64,000 nt of DNA from a virus (lineage: Duplodnaviria; Caudoviricetes): IMG/VR virus record IMGVR_UViG_3300025909_000005. One strand, given 5' to 3'. Positions within the stretch are counted from its first letter, which is position 1; each line of letters opens with the position of its first letter. The notes under the pieces are model-generated. The model searched no databases. It was not told the origin of the DNA and saw nothing but the letters and a program-made list of their open reading frames with translations. This document shows positions 27,415 to 36,503 of this stretch, one piece after another. Made by a program: the position numbers and the translations under genes.

Positions 27415-28175
27415 CCATCGCTGAAGACATCTCCAAGCTCCAACAAGAAATTGCCTCCGCAGTCGAGGAACGTGACAAGGCCGTTCACGACTACGTCAAG
27501 GAGACGTTTGCCGGCTTCGACAACACCACGATGGAGGTGCTCAAGCTGGAAGGCCTGTGGAGCTCCAAGATGGTCACGCTGTTCGCGCAGGCGCAGAGGC
27601 ACATTCCCCCGAAGGGCGTATGGTCCTGGTTCGTCGAGCACTCGAAGGCCGATAAGGCTGCACTGCAAGACTTGAAGGAACGCGCGATCGAGGTGCTCAA
27701 GCAGGACGCCCAGCCCAAGCAGCAGTTCAACGAGCTGAACGTCAGAATCATCAACGCCCGCGAGAAGCTGAAGAACCTCGGCAAGGCAGTGCCAGCCCCA
27801 AAGCCCGCACCAAAGCCGGCAAACCTGCCACAACCGAAAGTCGGGCGCCCCGGCTGGTCGGCTCCATCGCACACCGCAACGACCACGCCAACTCCTCCGA
27901 CCCCGCAGTGGAGGCCACACGTTGGTCGCTCGGTCTACTCGGACGGCAGCACATACATCGACGACACGACGTACGATGACGGCTCCAATGCGATGATGAT
28001 GGGCATGCTCGTTGGCACGATGATGAATCAGCCGCCCCCACAGCCTGACGTCGTCTACGTGCCAGTCCCGGACAACTCCGACACGGGTGGCGTGGCGTGG
28101 GTTCCTGATCAAGCTGCCTCTGCACCTGACTACTCGGCCTCCCAGCCGGACGTGGGTCAATCCAGCTGGTCGTGA
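27411..28175 (+). CDS. hypothetical coiled-coil, proline-rich protein
   Basis: 254-aa ORF, coupled. Confidence 0.7.
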   Translation: MTIAEDISKLQQEIASAVEERDKAVHDYVKETFAGFDNTTMEVLKLEGLWSSKMVTLFAQAQRHIPPKGVWSWFVEHSKADKAALQDLKERAIEVLKQDAQPKQQFNELNVRIINAREKLKNLGKAVPAPKPAPKPANLPQPKVGRPGWSAPSHTATTTPTPPTPQWRPHVGRSVYSDGSTYIDDTTYDDGSNAMMMGMLVGTMMNQPPPQPDVVYVPVPDNSDTGGVAWVPDQAASAPDYSASQPDVGQSSWS

Positions 28176-28179
28176 GTTC

Positions 28180-28389
28180 ATGGCACTCATCCACCTGCTG
28201 ACGAAGAAGACGGCCAAGAAGGTGGTTGAGTACTGCTGCGTCGCCTTCTTTCAGGCGATGATTCTCGTGCTGATCTTTCCGGAGTTTCGCAGCCCGTTTG
28301 CCGCACTCGTGGTCACGGTGTCGCTTGTCACAGGGTTGGTAGTGGCCTTCGAGTTCTTCTGGAAGCCGCCTGAAGAGAGCGACGAGTAG
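28180..28389 (+). CDS. small membrane protein
   Basis: two hydrophobic segments. Confidence 0.55.
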   Translation: MALIHLLTKKTAKKVVEYCCVAFFQAMILVLIFPEFRSPFAALVVTVSLVTGLVVAFEFFWKPPEESDE

Positions 28390-28417
28390 TGTACTTGGTG
28401 GGGCCATGGGTTATAAT
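28389..28417 (+). promoter_or_regulatory. early-type promoter
   Basis: GTGTAC-N17-TATAAT. Confidence 0.75.
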
Positions 28418-28423
28418 CAACCC

Positions 28424-29044
28424 ATGGACTACACCGAATACTCGTACCTCTGGCCTCCGCGGCCCGAGACGAAGATCGCGCGGCCGATGCTCGGCTTCTA
28501 CCAGAACAAGGGCTTCTTCGCGCAGAAGAAAAAGAACGGCACGTGCACGGTCATCTTCGCTCGTGGCAAGCAGGTCATCTTCAAGACCCGCCACGGTGAC
28601 GAGAACAACGGCGACCACAAGCTCTGGACGCCGAACGCCGAGCACAAGAAGTTCTTCTCGGGTTCCGAAGGCTGGAACGTCTTCGTCGCTGAGCTGCTGC
28701 ACAGCAAGGTCTCCGGCGGCCCGAAGGATCACCTCTACATCTTCGATCAACTCGTCGACAACGGCGTGTCGCTCGTCGGCAAGACCTTCAATGATCGCTA
28801 CCAAGGGCTGAAGGCCCGCTTCGGTGGCGAATCTCAAGACGATCACTTCCTTCTCCATGAGCACGTCTCATTGGCGAAGTGTTTTAAGGGCGGCTTCGAG
28901 AAGCTGTTCGCGAACCTCAAGAAGGAAGACGAAGGCCTCGTTCTCAAGGACCCCAACTCCGTGCTGCAGCCTTGTCTCCGCCCCGATTCCAACTGGGGTT
29001 GGCAGGTCAAGTGCAGGATTCCTCAAGCCAACTACTCATTCTGA
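28424..29044 (+). CDS. minimal ATP-dependent ligase-like nucleotidyltransferase (adenylation domain only)
   Basis: motif I QKKKNGT, III VFVAELL, IIIa YIFD, IV EGLVLKD, V WQVKCR; no OB domain. Confidence 0.65.
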   Translation: MDYTEYSYLWPPRPETKIARPMLGFYQNKGFFAQKKKNGTCTVIFARGKQVIFKTRHGDENNGDHKLWTPNAEHKKFFSGSEGWNVFVAELLHSKVSGGPKDHLYIFDQLVDNGVSLVGKTFNDRYQGLKARFGGESQDDHFLLHEHVSLAKCFKGGFEKLFANLKKEDEGLVLKDPNSVLQPCLRPDSNWGWQVKCRIPQANYSF

Positions 29045-29046
29045 TC

Positions 29047-29253
29047 ATGATGCAAATCCCCAAAGGCTGGACTGGTGTCGAGGCGCAACTTGCCAGCGAC
29101 GTGAAGCGCTCGAACGGCGCCATCCTTCGTGCGAAGCAGGAGGTGGAACGGCTGGAGGCAGCGAGCGCGCTGCTCAAGATGCGCTGCAACCATCGCCACA
29201 CCAAGGTCGAAGGTCTCGACACGGTGTGCGCGATCTGCGGCTACAAGCTGTGA
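29047..29253 (+). CDS. hypothetical protein with C-terminal Zn-ribbon-like motif
   Basis: CNH...CAICG. Confidence 0.55.
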   Translation: MMQIPKGWTGVEAQLASDVKRSNGAILRAKQEVERLEAASALLKMRCNHRHTKVEGLDTVCAICGYKL

Positions 29254-29459
29254 TCAAGTTCCAGTTCACTGACGACTTCGGTGACCTTGTCCAGGTGCAA
29301 CCGCTGGAGAAGGACGCGAACACGTGGCACTCTGTGGTGGATAACTACGGTGCGTTCCTCTCAGTGCTCGAGCTGAACTGGCCGAACAAGCGCTACTTCA
29401 CGCGCATTGTGGAGCAACTCTACCCGCTTCCAAAGAAGCCCAAGAAGATCAGTCCTTGA
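29250..29459 (+). CDS. hypothetical protein
   Basis: GTGA-coupled MIKFQF... Confidence 0.5.
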   Translation: MIKFQFTDDFGDLVQVQPLEKDANTWHSVVDNYGAFLSVLELNWPNKRYFTRIVEQLYPLPKKPKKISP

Positions 29460-29817
29460 GGACTTTCGCGTTGCTCATGTCGTTCACGAGATCATCATAG
29501 TTGATCTCGAAATACTGTCGCGCGGGCTTTTTGTACATGATCTTCGCGTCCTTCAAAATGCCTCCTTGGACGTCGCGATCTGAGATGAGCTCAATCGTAT
29601 CTTGCACGTCGATCTCATCGTCGTTGATGAGCTTTACAAGGTCGTGCGCCTTGTCTGCAGGGCAATTGATCCACACGGTTGTTGTGGCGTGTGAATCATT
29701 GAGTGTCGCGTGCCACCACGTATACGTACACTTTGCAAGCACGCCGACAATCGGTTGTTTGTCCACCATAGCTGCCATCTTAGAGAGGCTGCTCTTCTTG
29801 ATCTCGTTGAGCTTCAC
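29449..29817 (-). CDS. hypothetical late protein (MKLNEI N-terminus)
   Basis: GTG start overlapping the clpS stop. Confidence 0.7.
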   Translation of the reverse strand: MKLNEIKKSSLSKMAAMVDKQPIVGVLAKCTYTWWHATLNDSHATTTVWINCPADKAHDLVKLINDDEIDVQDTIELISDRDVQGGILKDAKIMYKKPARQYFEINYDDLVNDMSNAKVLKD

Positions 29818-30191
29818 TCGCCAGCCTTCATGACCTCGGTGTCAAGCGGCCATGGGCCATTGTGCTTGACGAAGGGGCGGTAGTGATCGTACGACTTGTT
29901 GTTGCGAGCGTGTTGTTCGATCTTGGTGGCGACCGACTCGGCGACGTCCTTCGAACCGTAGGCAGCGACAGCCACCCAACCATTCTTGTGCGCCTTCATC
30001 ATCCGCTTGTAGGCTTCGCCCGGACTGATCTTCACGGCTGCCACGATGGCTTCCACGACTACCTCTGCAGGAGTCACGGGGTTGTTCAGGATCATGACGT
30101 TCCAGCCGGTAGGGTCGTTCAGCGGCACCTCCTTGGCGGTGGTGGCCGTGCCGGTCTTGTCGACAACGTCTGCTACTTCATCCAACCTCAT
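29814..30191 (-). CDS. clpS: ClpS-like N-degron adaptor
   Basis: WNVMILNNPVTPAEVVVE, MMKAHKNG, DVAES, HARNN, PL align with the ClpS core; AAGGA RBS. Confidence 0.8.
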   Translation of the reverse strand: MRLDEVADVVDKTGTATTAKEVPLNDPTGWNVMILNNPVTPAEVVVEAIVAAVKISPGEAYKRMMKAHKNGWVAVAAYGSKDVAESVATKIEQHARNNKSYDHYRPFVKHNGPWPLDTEVMKAGE

Positions 30192-30203
30192 TCTGAATCC
30201 TTT

Positions 30204-30232
30204 TTGTACGAGTGCGGTATTTATGGTAGAAT
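30204..30232. promoter_or_regulatory. overlapping divergent promoters
   Basis: TTGTAC-N17-TAGAAT (+) overlapping TATTTA 30218-30223 (TAAATA on -). Confidence 0.6.
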
Positions 30233-30238
30233 TATAAC

Positions 30239-31129
30239 ATGATGGAAACCCCCATTCCCCCACAAAAGCCGATTCTCACCATCAACGAGGATCGTCTGCC
30301 TGCAGATGAAGCCTACATGCAGATCGCAGAGATCACCGCCCGACGTTCGAAGGCACGTCGCCTCCAGGTCGGCGCGATCATTGTGCGCGGCACCCAGCTC
30401 ATGTCCGACGGCTACAACGGCATGCCAGCCGGCTGCAAGGGCGAAGACGAAATCTGCGAGTACATCGAGACAATCGAGACACCTCCGAACCAAGGTGATC
30501 CATACGGTGACACGCGGTACGAGGTTCGCACGAAGCCAGAGGTGCTTCACGCCGAGGCGAACGCGATCCTCAAGTGCGCGCTGAACGGTAGGGAAACAGA
30601 GGGTGCCACCCTCTACACCACGTACTCACCGTGCCCCGAGTGCGCGAAGCTGATCAAGCAGGCGGGCATCAAGCGCGTCGTGTTCCGCAACCACTACCGC
30701 AGGCCAGAAGGCGTTGGCCTTCTCACAAAGTGGGGCATCAAGTGCGAGCAGCTCGACAACTTCCCTGACACCGTTCCAGCTGCGGCGTTCGACGTTCCAG
30801 TGCAGGAAGAGACGGCTGGTCCGATGGATCAATATCGGCTGCCCGAGGGCAAGCTCATCATTCCAACTCTCGATGACGTCCTTGAGCTGCCGAAGGAGTT
30901 CGACCTCATGCTGACCTACGATGGCGTGGTTCACAAGCTCTACCCTGATGGCATGTTCGGCCTCGCGATGGACCCGCTGAGCGGGGGCGAGAATGGGTCT
31001 GCATACCTGCTCAATGAGTTCACTGCTGTCGACGAGGATCAAGGGCGCTGGCAAGATTGGCCCGCAAACACGAGAATCTTCGCAAGAGTAACGACGTCAC
31101 ATGCCGTGAAACACGCGCGCAAGCTGTGA
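30239..31129 (+). CDS. dCMP deaminase with C-terminal extension
   Basis: RLQVGAII, GYNG, HAEANAI, PCPECAKLI. Confidence 0.88.
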   Translation: MMETPIPPQKPILTINEDRLPADEAYMQIAEITARRSKARRLQVGAIIVRGTQLMSDGYNGMPAGCKGEDEICEYIETIETPPNQGDPYGDTRYEVRTKPEVLHAEANAILKCALNGRETEGATLYTTYSPCPECAKLIKQAGIKRVVFRNHYRRPEGVGLLTKWGIKCEQLDNFPDTVPAAAFDVPVQEETAGPMDQYRLPEGKLIIPTLDDVLELPKEFDLMLTYDGVVHKLYPDGMFGLAMDPLSGGENGSAYLLNEFTAVDEDQGRWQDWPANTRIFARVTTSHAVKHARKL

Positions 31130-31164
31130 TATAATGGACCTATCAACTAACTAGGACCTACATT

Positions 31165-31425
31165 ATGCCTTCGTTCACCGACGCGTCGACCCAAGACTTC
31201 ATGTCCCGTTCCACGAACCTGCGCCGTCACGGCCTCGCTCGTGCGATCTTCGACCCGACGAACCCTGCGCACCAGGCCTCGCTGAAGAAGTTCATCGAGA
31301 CCGGCAACTGGGGCGGCGTCCAGTTCTACCCCGAGTTCCCCTTCACTGACGTGCCGATGACGGTGCTGATGAAGATGGCGGCCCACACCCTCAAGGCGCA
31401 GTCGCGCATCGTCGAACACGAATGA
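31165..31425 (+). CDS. hypothetical protein
   Basis: after TATAAT 31130-31135 and TAGGA RBS. Confidence 0.75.
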   Translation: MPSFTDASTQDFMSRSTNLRRHGLARAIFDPTNPAHQASLKKFIETGNWGGVQFYPEFPFTDVPMTVLMKMAAHTLKAQSRIVEHE

Positions 31426-31769
31426 CCCAACACCTGAAGCTCGTTGAAGTTACCGTCGAAGGAAAGACGGGATTCCTGGTCTCTCCGCACCCCAGTTGCT
31501 GGGACCCGGCGCCGATCACGGATGACCCGACCAAAGCCTGCAACTTCAACGAGACGTGGCAGCCGTACGTGAACGGCGGGCTTAAGGTGAAGCACGACCT
31601 CCAGCAGACTCTCGACTCGCTCGTACACCCGCAAGACGAGATGTTCGCGAAGTCGGGGCTGCGCATCGATGACCTACCACACGTCGTCGAACTCGAGGTC
31701 AGCGTGAGCTGGATCGAAACCGATCGCAGGCTCGGACGAGGACCACACCGTGCGCCAGCTCAAGGTTGA
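31422..31769 (+). CDS. hypothetical protein
   Basis: coupled 115-aa ORF. Confidence 0.55.
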   Translation: MTQHLKLVEVTVEGKTGFLVSPHPSCWDPAPITDDPTKACNFNETWQPYVNGGLKVKHDLQQTLDSLVHPQDEMFAKSGLRIDDLPHVVELEVSVSWIETDRRLGRGPHRAPAQG

Positions 31770-32292
31770 GCTCGCAGATCGGACGCTTCGCTTCGACGGA
31801 GTTTCAGAGGTTGCACCTGAGGAGCTGGCAAAGTTCCTGCTTCTAGGTGCCAAGCCCGAGGAGCTCCGTGTTGTGGGGTCTGAAGAGGACATCGCGCAGT
31901 TCAATGCAGCTGCTGGAGATGTTCTGAAGCTCGCCAGTGATGAGCCCATCTCACTGAACATGGGCTACATCCTCCCTGAGAACTACGCGAAGCTGGACCT
32001 CGATGTCTACTTCCAGATGAAGTACGACGAGGCCTGCCTCAACAAGAACGTCAACGAGCAGATCAAGATGCTTGACCGCATCGTCGCAGAACTCGAGGAG
32101 GTTCACCGCCGTGGCATGGACCAGTTCATGCGCACGATCATCTACATCCTCGATACCTTCCGCCAGAACAACGTCGTGTGGGGAGTAGGTCGTGGTTCGT
32201 CTTGCGCGTGCTACCTCCTGTTCTTGGTCGGCCTCCATGCCGTCGATTGTGTTAAGATGGAAGTTCCAATGACAGAGTTCTTCCATGAATAA
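31750..32292 (+). CDS. dnaE: DNA polymerase III alpha-like, N-terminal piece of a split catalytic core
   Basis: WGVGRGSSCACYLLFLVGLHAVD matches the PolIII-alpha GPGRGS..GSLVAY.LGIT.VDP segment. Confidence 0.75.
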   Translation: MRQLKVELADRTLRFDGVSEVAPEELAKFLLLGAKPEELRVVGSEEDIAQFNAAAGDVLKLASDEPISLNMGYILPENYAKLDLDVYFQMKYDEACLNKNVNEQIKMLDRIVAELEEVHRRGMDQFMRTIIYILDTFRQNNVVWGVGRGSSCACYLLFLVGLHAVDCVKMEVPMTEFFHE

Positions 32293-32893
32293 CCCCTACC
32301 CAAGCCCCTGGTCTGGCCGCAACAGCGAACCAGGCGAACCGACTGCCTTCACTCTGTGGTACTCCGTGGAGTTTCGTGCAGCGCTTCGGTTTGAGGAAGG
32401 TCTCGAACAGCTCGAATCTGACCGCCGAAACTTGGACATCTACGAACGGCAAACTGGCTCCACGATACACGTCATGCGTATTCGGCAGGAGCTGGACGAA
32501 ATCGAGAAGAGGTTTAAGCGGTACATCCAGCAGCGTGATGGGGCTGAGGACGAAGAGGAGAAGCCGTCGCGAGTTCCTGAGAACTTCCAGAAGGGCTACG
32601 CCATTCGTCTGGCTGACCTGCCGCCCGGCGGACAGGTTCTGTTCGATGGGAAGTACTCGAAGGACAAGGACACCATCCTCGCCCTGATCAAGCTGCGGTA
32701 CGACGTCGACATGTTCGACTCCGATTTTGTGGACGAGTTCGATGTCTCGATGATGACCCGTGAGGAGGCCTACTCCCTCCGTCTGATCGACCTGGATGGC
32801 TGGATAGACATGAAGTTTGAACCACAACCATGGGTGAAGAACACTGAGCTGAACGCGGACAAGACCAAGTGGAGGACCAGGAAGCTTCCGTAG
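32285..32893 (+). CDS. hypothetical protein
   Basis: 202-aa ORF. Confidence 0.7.
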   Translation: MNNPYPSPWSGRNSEPGEPTAFTLWYSVEFRAALRFEEGLEQLESDRRNLDIYERQTGSTIHVMRIRQELDEIEKRFKRYIQQRDGAEDEEEKPSRVPENFQKGYAIRLADLPPGGQVLFDGKYSKDKDTILALIKLRYDVDMFDSDFVDEFDVSMMTREEAYSLRLIDLDGWIDMKFEPQPWVKNTELNADKTKWRTRKLP

Positions 32894-32906
32894 TCTTGGG
32901 GCGGTG

Positions 32907-32938
32907 GCCTATAAATAGGCTAGTGCGATAAATATCGC
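32907..32938 (+). promoter_or_regulatory. tandem late promoters, each in a palindrome
   Basis: GCCTAT-AA-ATAGGC and GCGATA-AA-TATCGC, both containing TAAATA. Confidence 0.6.
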
Positions 32939-32961
32939 CTTTTCACCGGAGAACCAAGACA

Positions 32962-33192
32962 ATGGGACAACTAGTACGTAGCGCCCGTGGCGAGCTGATC
33001 GACTTCGAACTGCTGGCCATCAAGCAACAACTCGCGTCAGCCCCTGTTCCCAAGGCCGTCGAGCAGCGCAAGAAGGCAATCGACTTGAAGGACGGCGTAA
33101 AGTCGGACGTCAAGCCAGATGTGGACTTCTTGAAGCCTTCCCTCGAGGCAGCTGCGGCTTCAGGACAAGCGAAGCAAATCAAAAGGAAGTAA
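32962..33192 (+). CDS. hypothetical late protein
   Basis: 76 aa downstream of the TAAATA boxes. Confidence 0.7.
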   Translation: MGQLVRSARGELIDFELLAIKQQLASAPVPKAVEQRKKAIDLKDGVKSDVKPDVDFLKPSLEAAAASGQAKQIKRK

Positions 33193-33193
33193 G

Positions 33194-33391
33194 ATGTCAG
33201 CATGCGCCTGCATGGGCCCGCCAGGAAACTGCTACTGCATGAGGCAGGCCCGAGGAGAGAAGATCGCGATCACTGAGACGCAAATCTCCGCAGATCTGTT
33301 TGACCTTCTCCCTGATGAGGACAAGAACACCATCAACGACCTGAAGGTCAAGGCGCTGGGTCTATACCTCGTCGCGAAGAATAAGAAATAA
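33194..33391 (+). CDS. hypothetical protein
   Basis: CACMGPPGNCYC N-terminus. Confidence 0.55.
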   Translation: MSACACMGPPGNCYCMRQARGEKIAITETQISADLFDLLPDEDKNTINDLKVKALGLYLVAKNKK

Positions 33392-33400
33392 GGAATCACC

Positions 33401-33724
33401 ATGCAAGTTGAGCCACTGCGCGACAACATCATGTTCCGCTTTCTCGATGAGACGAGCGGTTCAAAGGGCAAGTTCACCGATCGCCAGACCGCTTCTGGCA
33501 TCATCATCCCAACCCTCGACTCCTCGCAGAAGAATCCGCGCTGGGGTCAGGTGCTCGCAGTCGGTCCTGACTCGCAGGTAAACGTAGGCGACTACATCTT
33601 CATCGAGGCCCTTCAGTGGACCTTCGGCACGGAGATCGATGGCCAGAAGATGTGGAAGACCGAAGACAGCCGAGTTCTCTTCGCCACGGAAGATGAGACC
33701 CTCGTCTACAAGATGGAGGTCTGA
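33401..33724 (+). CDS. groES: GroES-like co-chaperonin
   Basis: EPLRDNI, TASGIIIP, GQVLAVGPD, VGDYI. Confidence 0.88.
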   Translation: MQVEPLRDNIMFRFLDETSGSKGKFTDRQTASGIIIPTLDSSQKNPRWGQVLAVGPDSQVNVGDYIFIEALQWTFGTEIDGQKMWKTEDSRVLFATEDETLVYKMEV

Positions 33725-34182
33725 TGTTCAAGAAGAGCGAATACATTGCATATTCCCCTGAGGGTCTCCTTGATGCGGTTGTTCAAAAGATTCAGGCTCA
33801 GGGCAACTACAGGATCGGTGCACAGCTGCGAGGTCCTGTCGACCAAGTTTGGGACGGCAAGCTCGTTCAGCCGAAGGTGGACCTTCCTGTCGTCTCCCTT
33901 GACAAGCCTATCCCGCACGTTGATGTTCCATCAGTCATGGTGAACGTGACTCGTGTAAAGTTGAACCTTCGCCAACTTGACTGCATCATTCTGCCTGACG
34001 TGAAGAAGTGGCTTTACCCATGGGCTGCTGCTATTCCTCATGCAGAATGGCTGAAGGCTCGATCTCCGGGCGAACTAGTTCATGCAATGGACGATCAGTT
34101 CGACACGACACCATACACCCTAACCGAACAAGACTTTCTTGACCACGAGTACCTGATCTTCTCGTACGCCACGACCGACTAA
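33724..34182 (+). CDS. hypothetical protein
   Basis: 152 aa, coupled. Confidence 0.65.
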   Translation: MFKKSEYIAYSPEGLLDAVVQKIQAQGNYRIGAQLRGPVDQVWDGKLVQPKVDLPVVSLDKPIPHVDVPSVMVNVTRVKLNLRQLDCIILPDVKKWLYPWAAAIPHAEWLKARSPGELVHAMDDQFDTTPYTLTEQDFLDHEYLIFSYATTD

Positions 34183-34184
34183 CC

Positions 34185-35474
34185 ATGTTTTTCATCTTTC
34201 TAACGTTTGCGGCCGCGATCTTCATCGAGGCTCTCGGCAGCCTAGTCTCCGTCATCGGTATCTCTGCCCTGTTTGGCGCGAACCCGATCATCATCGCCTT
34301 GGCCATTGCACTGGACGTTGGAAAGATCGTTACGGTCTCCCTCCTGTACACCTACTGGAAGCAGCTCTCGAAGCTCATGAAGGGCTACGCCCTCATCGCG
34401 GCTGGTGTCACCATGATCATCACCAGTTCTGGTGCAGCAGGCTACCTGTCAGCCCAGTTCCAGACGGCCATTCAGGGCACGAAGGAAGGTGAGCTCAAGG
34501 TGTCCGTACTGAAGGACCAACAGGCCAAGTACGAGGCGCGGAAGAAGCAGATCGACGACCAGATCGCGAACCTCCCAACGAAGACGACCGTCACACAGCG
34601 ACTGCGTCTCATGAAGGGATTCAAGGACGAGCAGGCGGCACTCGACAAGAAGATCACTGACCTCGACAAGCAGCTTCCTGACGCGCAGATCGCGCAGATC
34701 GGCACTGAGGCTCACGCTGGTCCAATCCTGTACATCGCGAAGGCGTTCAACGTGACTGTTGAGCAGGCCGTGAAGTACGTGATCGGCATGATCATCACCG
34801 TGTTCGACCCACTGGCCGTGTTCCTGATCATCGCTGGCAACTTCCTTGTTGCTCAACGTAAGAAGAAGTTGGAGACAGGTGAGTTGGTTCACCGCACTTC
34901 ACCACTCCCTGTATGGGACGAGGTTAAGAAGGCCGCTGAGGAAACGCAACGATACACAGGACCAGAGGTCGACTTCGGTCCACCAGTTGGCAAGGAGTTC
35001 CCGAACGAGGAGCCCGCTCCGATGGTCGGTGACGAGCTCGAGCGGTTCAATCGTGCCCAGGAAGAAGGACAAACTGGCGGGTGGCGACGCGATGACGGCA
35101 CCGTAATCTATCCACAGATGCCTGACTTCGTGCTTGACCCGCTGCCACAACCGGCACTACACGCTGAGCCAGCGAAGGTGAACATCGACGTGCCGATGGT
35201 GGATGATGAGGAGCTCGAAGCCCGTCGTTTGAAGGCGCAGGCTGAGCGTGACGCAGAGCTCGAAGAACAAGCGCGCAGGGAAGCAGAGCAGGCAACTGCA
35301 GCAGCCAAGCGCATGCAACCAGGCATGGACTTCCTGCCGACCCCTCGACAAGAGATCACAAAGTCGACCCTTGGATTGGTCCAGCCTGACGCGAGCACGA
35401 TCGTTGATGCACCTCAGGTGCACGGCTTCAAGCGCTCGCAGTTGATGACCACTCCAACCAAGAAGAAGTCATGA
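34185..35474 (+). CDS. multi-TM coiled-coil membrane protein
   Basis: three N-terminal TMs, coiled coil, TM with FDPLAV, low-complexity tail. Confidence 0.8.
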   Translation: MFFIFLTFAAAIFIEALGSLVSVIGISALFGANPIIIALAIALDVGKIVTVSLLYTYWKQLSKLMKGYALIAAGVTMIITSSGAAGYLSAQFQTAIQGTKEGELKVSVLKDQQAKYEARKKQIDDQIANLPTKTTVTQRLRLMKGFKDEQAALDKKITDLDKQLPDAQIAQIGTEAHAGPILYIAKAFNVTVEQAVKYVIGMIITVFDPLAVFLIIAGNFLVAQRKKKLETGELVHRTSPLPVWDEVKKAAEETQRYTGPEVDFGPPVGKEFPNEEPAPMVGDELERFNRAQEEGQTGGWRRDDGTVIYPQMPDFVLDPLPQPALHAEPAKVNIDVPMVDDEELEARRLKAQAERDAELEEQARREAEQATAAAKRMQPGMDFLPTPRQEITKSTLGLVQPDASTIVDAPQVHGFKRSQLMTTPTKKKS

Positions 35475-35905
35475 CCCACGAGTACATCACCGAGGCACGA
35501 TACAGGGAGCTGCTCAAGCGAGCAGAGGGAAATGAGCAGATGCAGCTCGGAATGCGTGTTCGCTTCCGCGACTTCGTCTTCACGGACCCAATGTACGACT
35601 CGTATGCGGACTATGAGGGTCAGGTGTACATCGTCTCGAAGTTTCGCTGGGACGATGAGTACGCAGAGAACGACTACGATCACGTCTTCCTGAAGAACCT
35701 TGACGGCACTCCAGCCTGCGGTGGGTGCATGGTGCACTCCGGCGATCTCGAATCAGCCGACAAAGCTACCGGTGTTGCTCCTCTGGATTTGTACCCACCG
35801 ACGCACCATTTTGAGCAGACCGTGCAGCCAGTGAGTGAAAACCACCTACTGGGTGCTGACTCTTGGACACGGTGGCTGACCGACACTTTCCTCGGTTCCC
35901 ACTAA
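35471..35905 (+). CDS. hypothetical protein
   Basis: 144 aa, coupled. Confidence 0.6.
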   Translation: MTHEYITEARYRELLKRAEGNEQMQLGMRVRFRDFVFTDPMYDSYADYEGQVYIVSKFRWDDEYAENDYDHVFLKNLDGTPACGGCMVHSGDLESADKATGVAPLDLYPPTHHFEQTVQPVSENHLLGADSWTRWLTDTFLGSH

Positions 35906-36039
35906 GTAGAGGGTGGACCTCCGCTGCCGCTTTGGTCTGCATGAGTGGACACCATGGTCCAGACCATTTCAAAAGAGAATGAACTCGTTCTGGTTCAGCC
36001 GGCGCTTTTGCCCGCACTGCCAGAAGATAGAGGAGAAAG

Positions 36040-36267
36040 ATGTTTCAGTTTCCATGGCCAAAAGGGACCGTTCATTCCTATGAGCTTCCCGCCGACTTCC
36101 TTGATGCTCTAAACGAGTTTTACGTGAGCTCGGAGGGATACGTCAGTGACGAGCTACCCATTCACCACACTGCCACCGAGGGTCCTTACATCGGCTTTGC
36201 GGGGTACAAGGTGCGAGTTACAATAGAAGAAACGTCACCAACAACGTATCTCGTAAGGCTCGCATGA
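36040..36267 (+). CDS. hypothetical protein
   Basis: AGGAG RBS. Confidence 0.6.
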   Translation: MFQFPWPKGTVHSYELPADFLDALNEFYVSSEGYVSDELPIHHTATEGPYIGFAGYKVRVTIEETSPTTYLVRLA

Positions 36268-36503
36268 CCACCCTCGCCGTTCTACTGTTCCTCTTCATGC
36301 TCTTCTGGTTCACGCTTCGCGTGCTAGGGATCATCCTCGCCATTCTGCTTGTCATCATCTTCGCTGCGATCTTCGGCGGCCTGTCGTGATCACTGTGATC
36401 AAGATGGACAAACCGAATCGAATGCTTCGGTTTGGTGGTGGCTTGAACAATGGAAGGTGGTTCGTGCGGTTGGATCTTTGGGCAATTGGAATCAGGTGGT
36501 CGC

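Noticed and set aside
36409-36434. CAAACCGAA/TTCGGTTTG hairpin before the gp62-like gene
   Set aside because: Isolated stem with no T tract or second example; function cannot be supported
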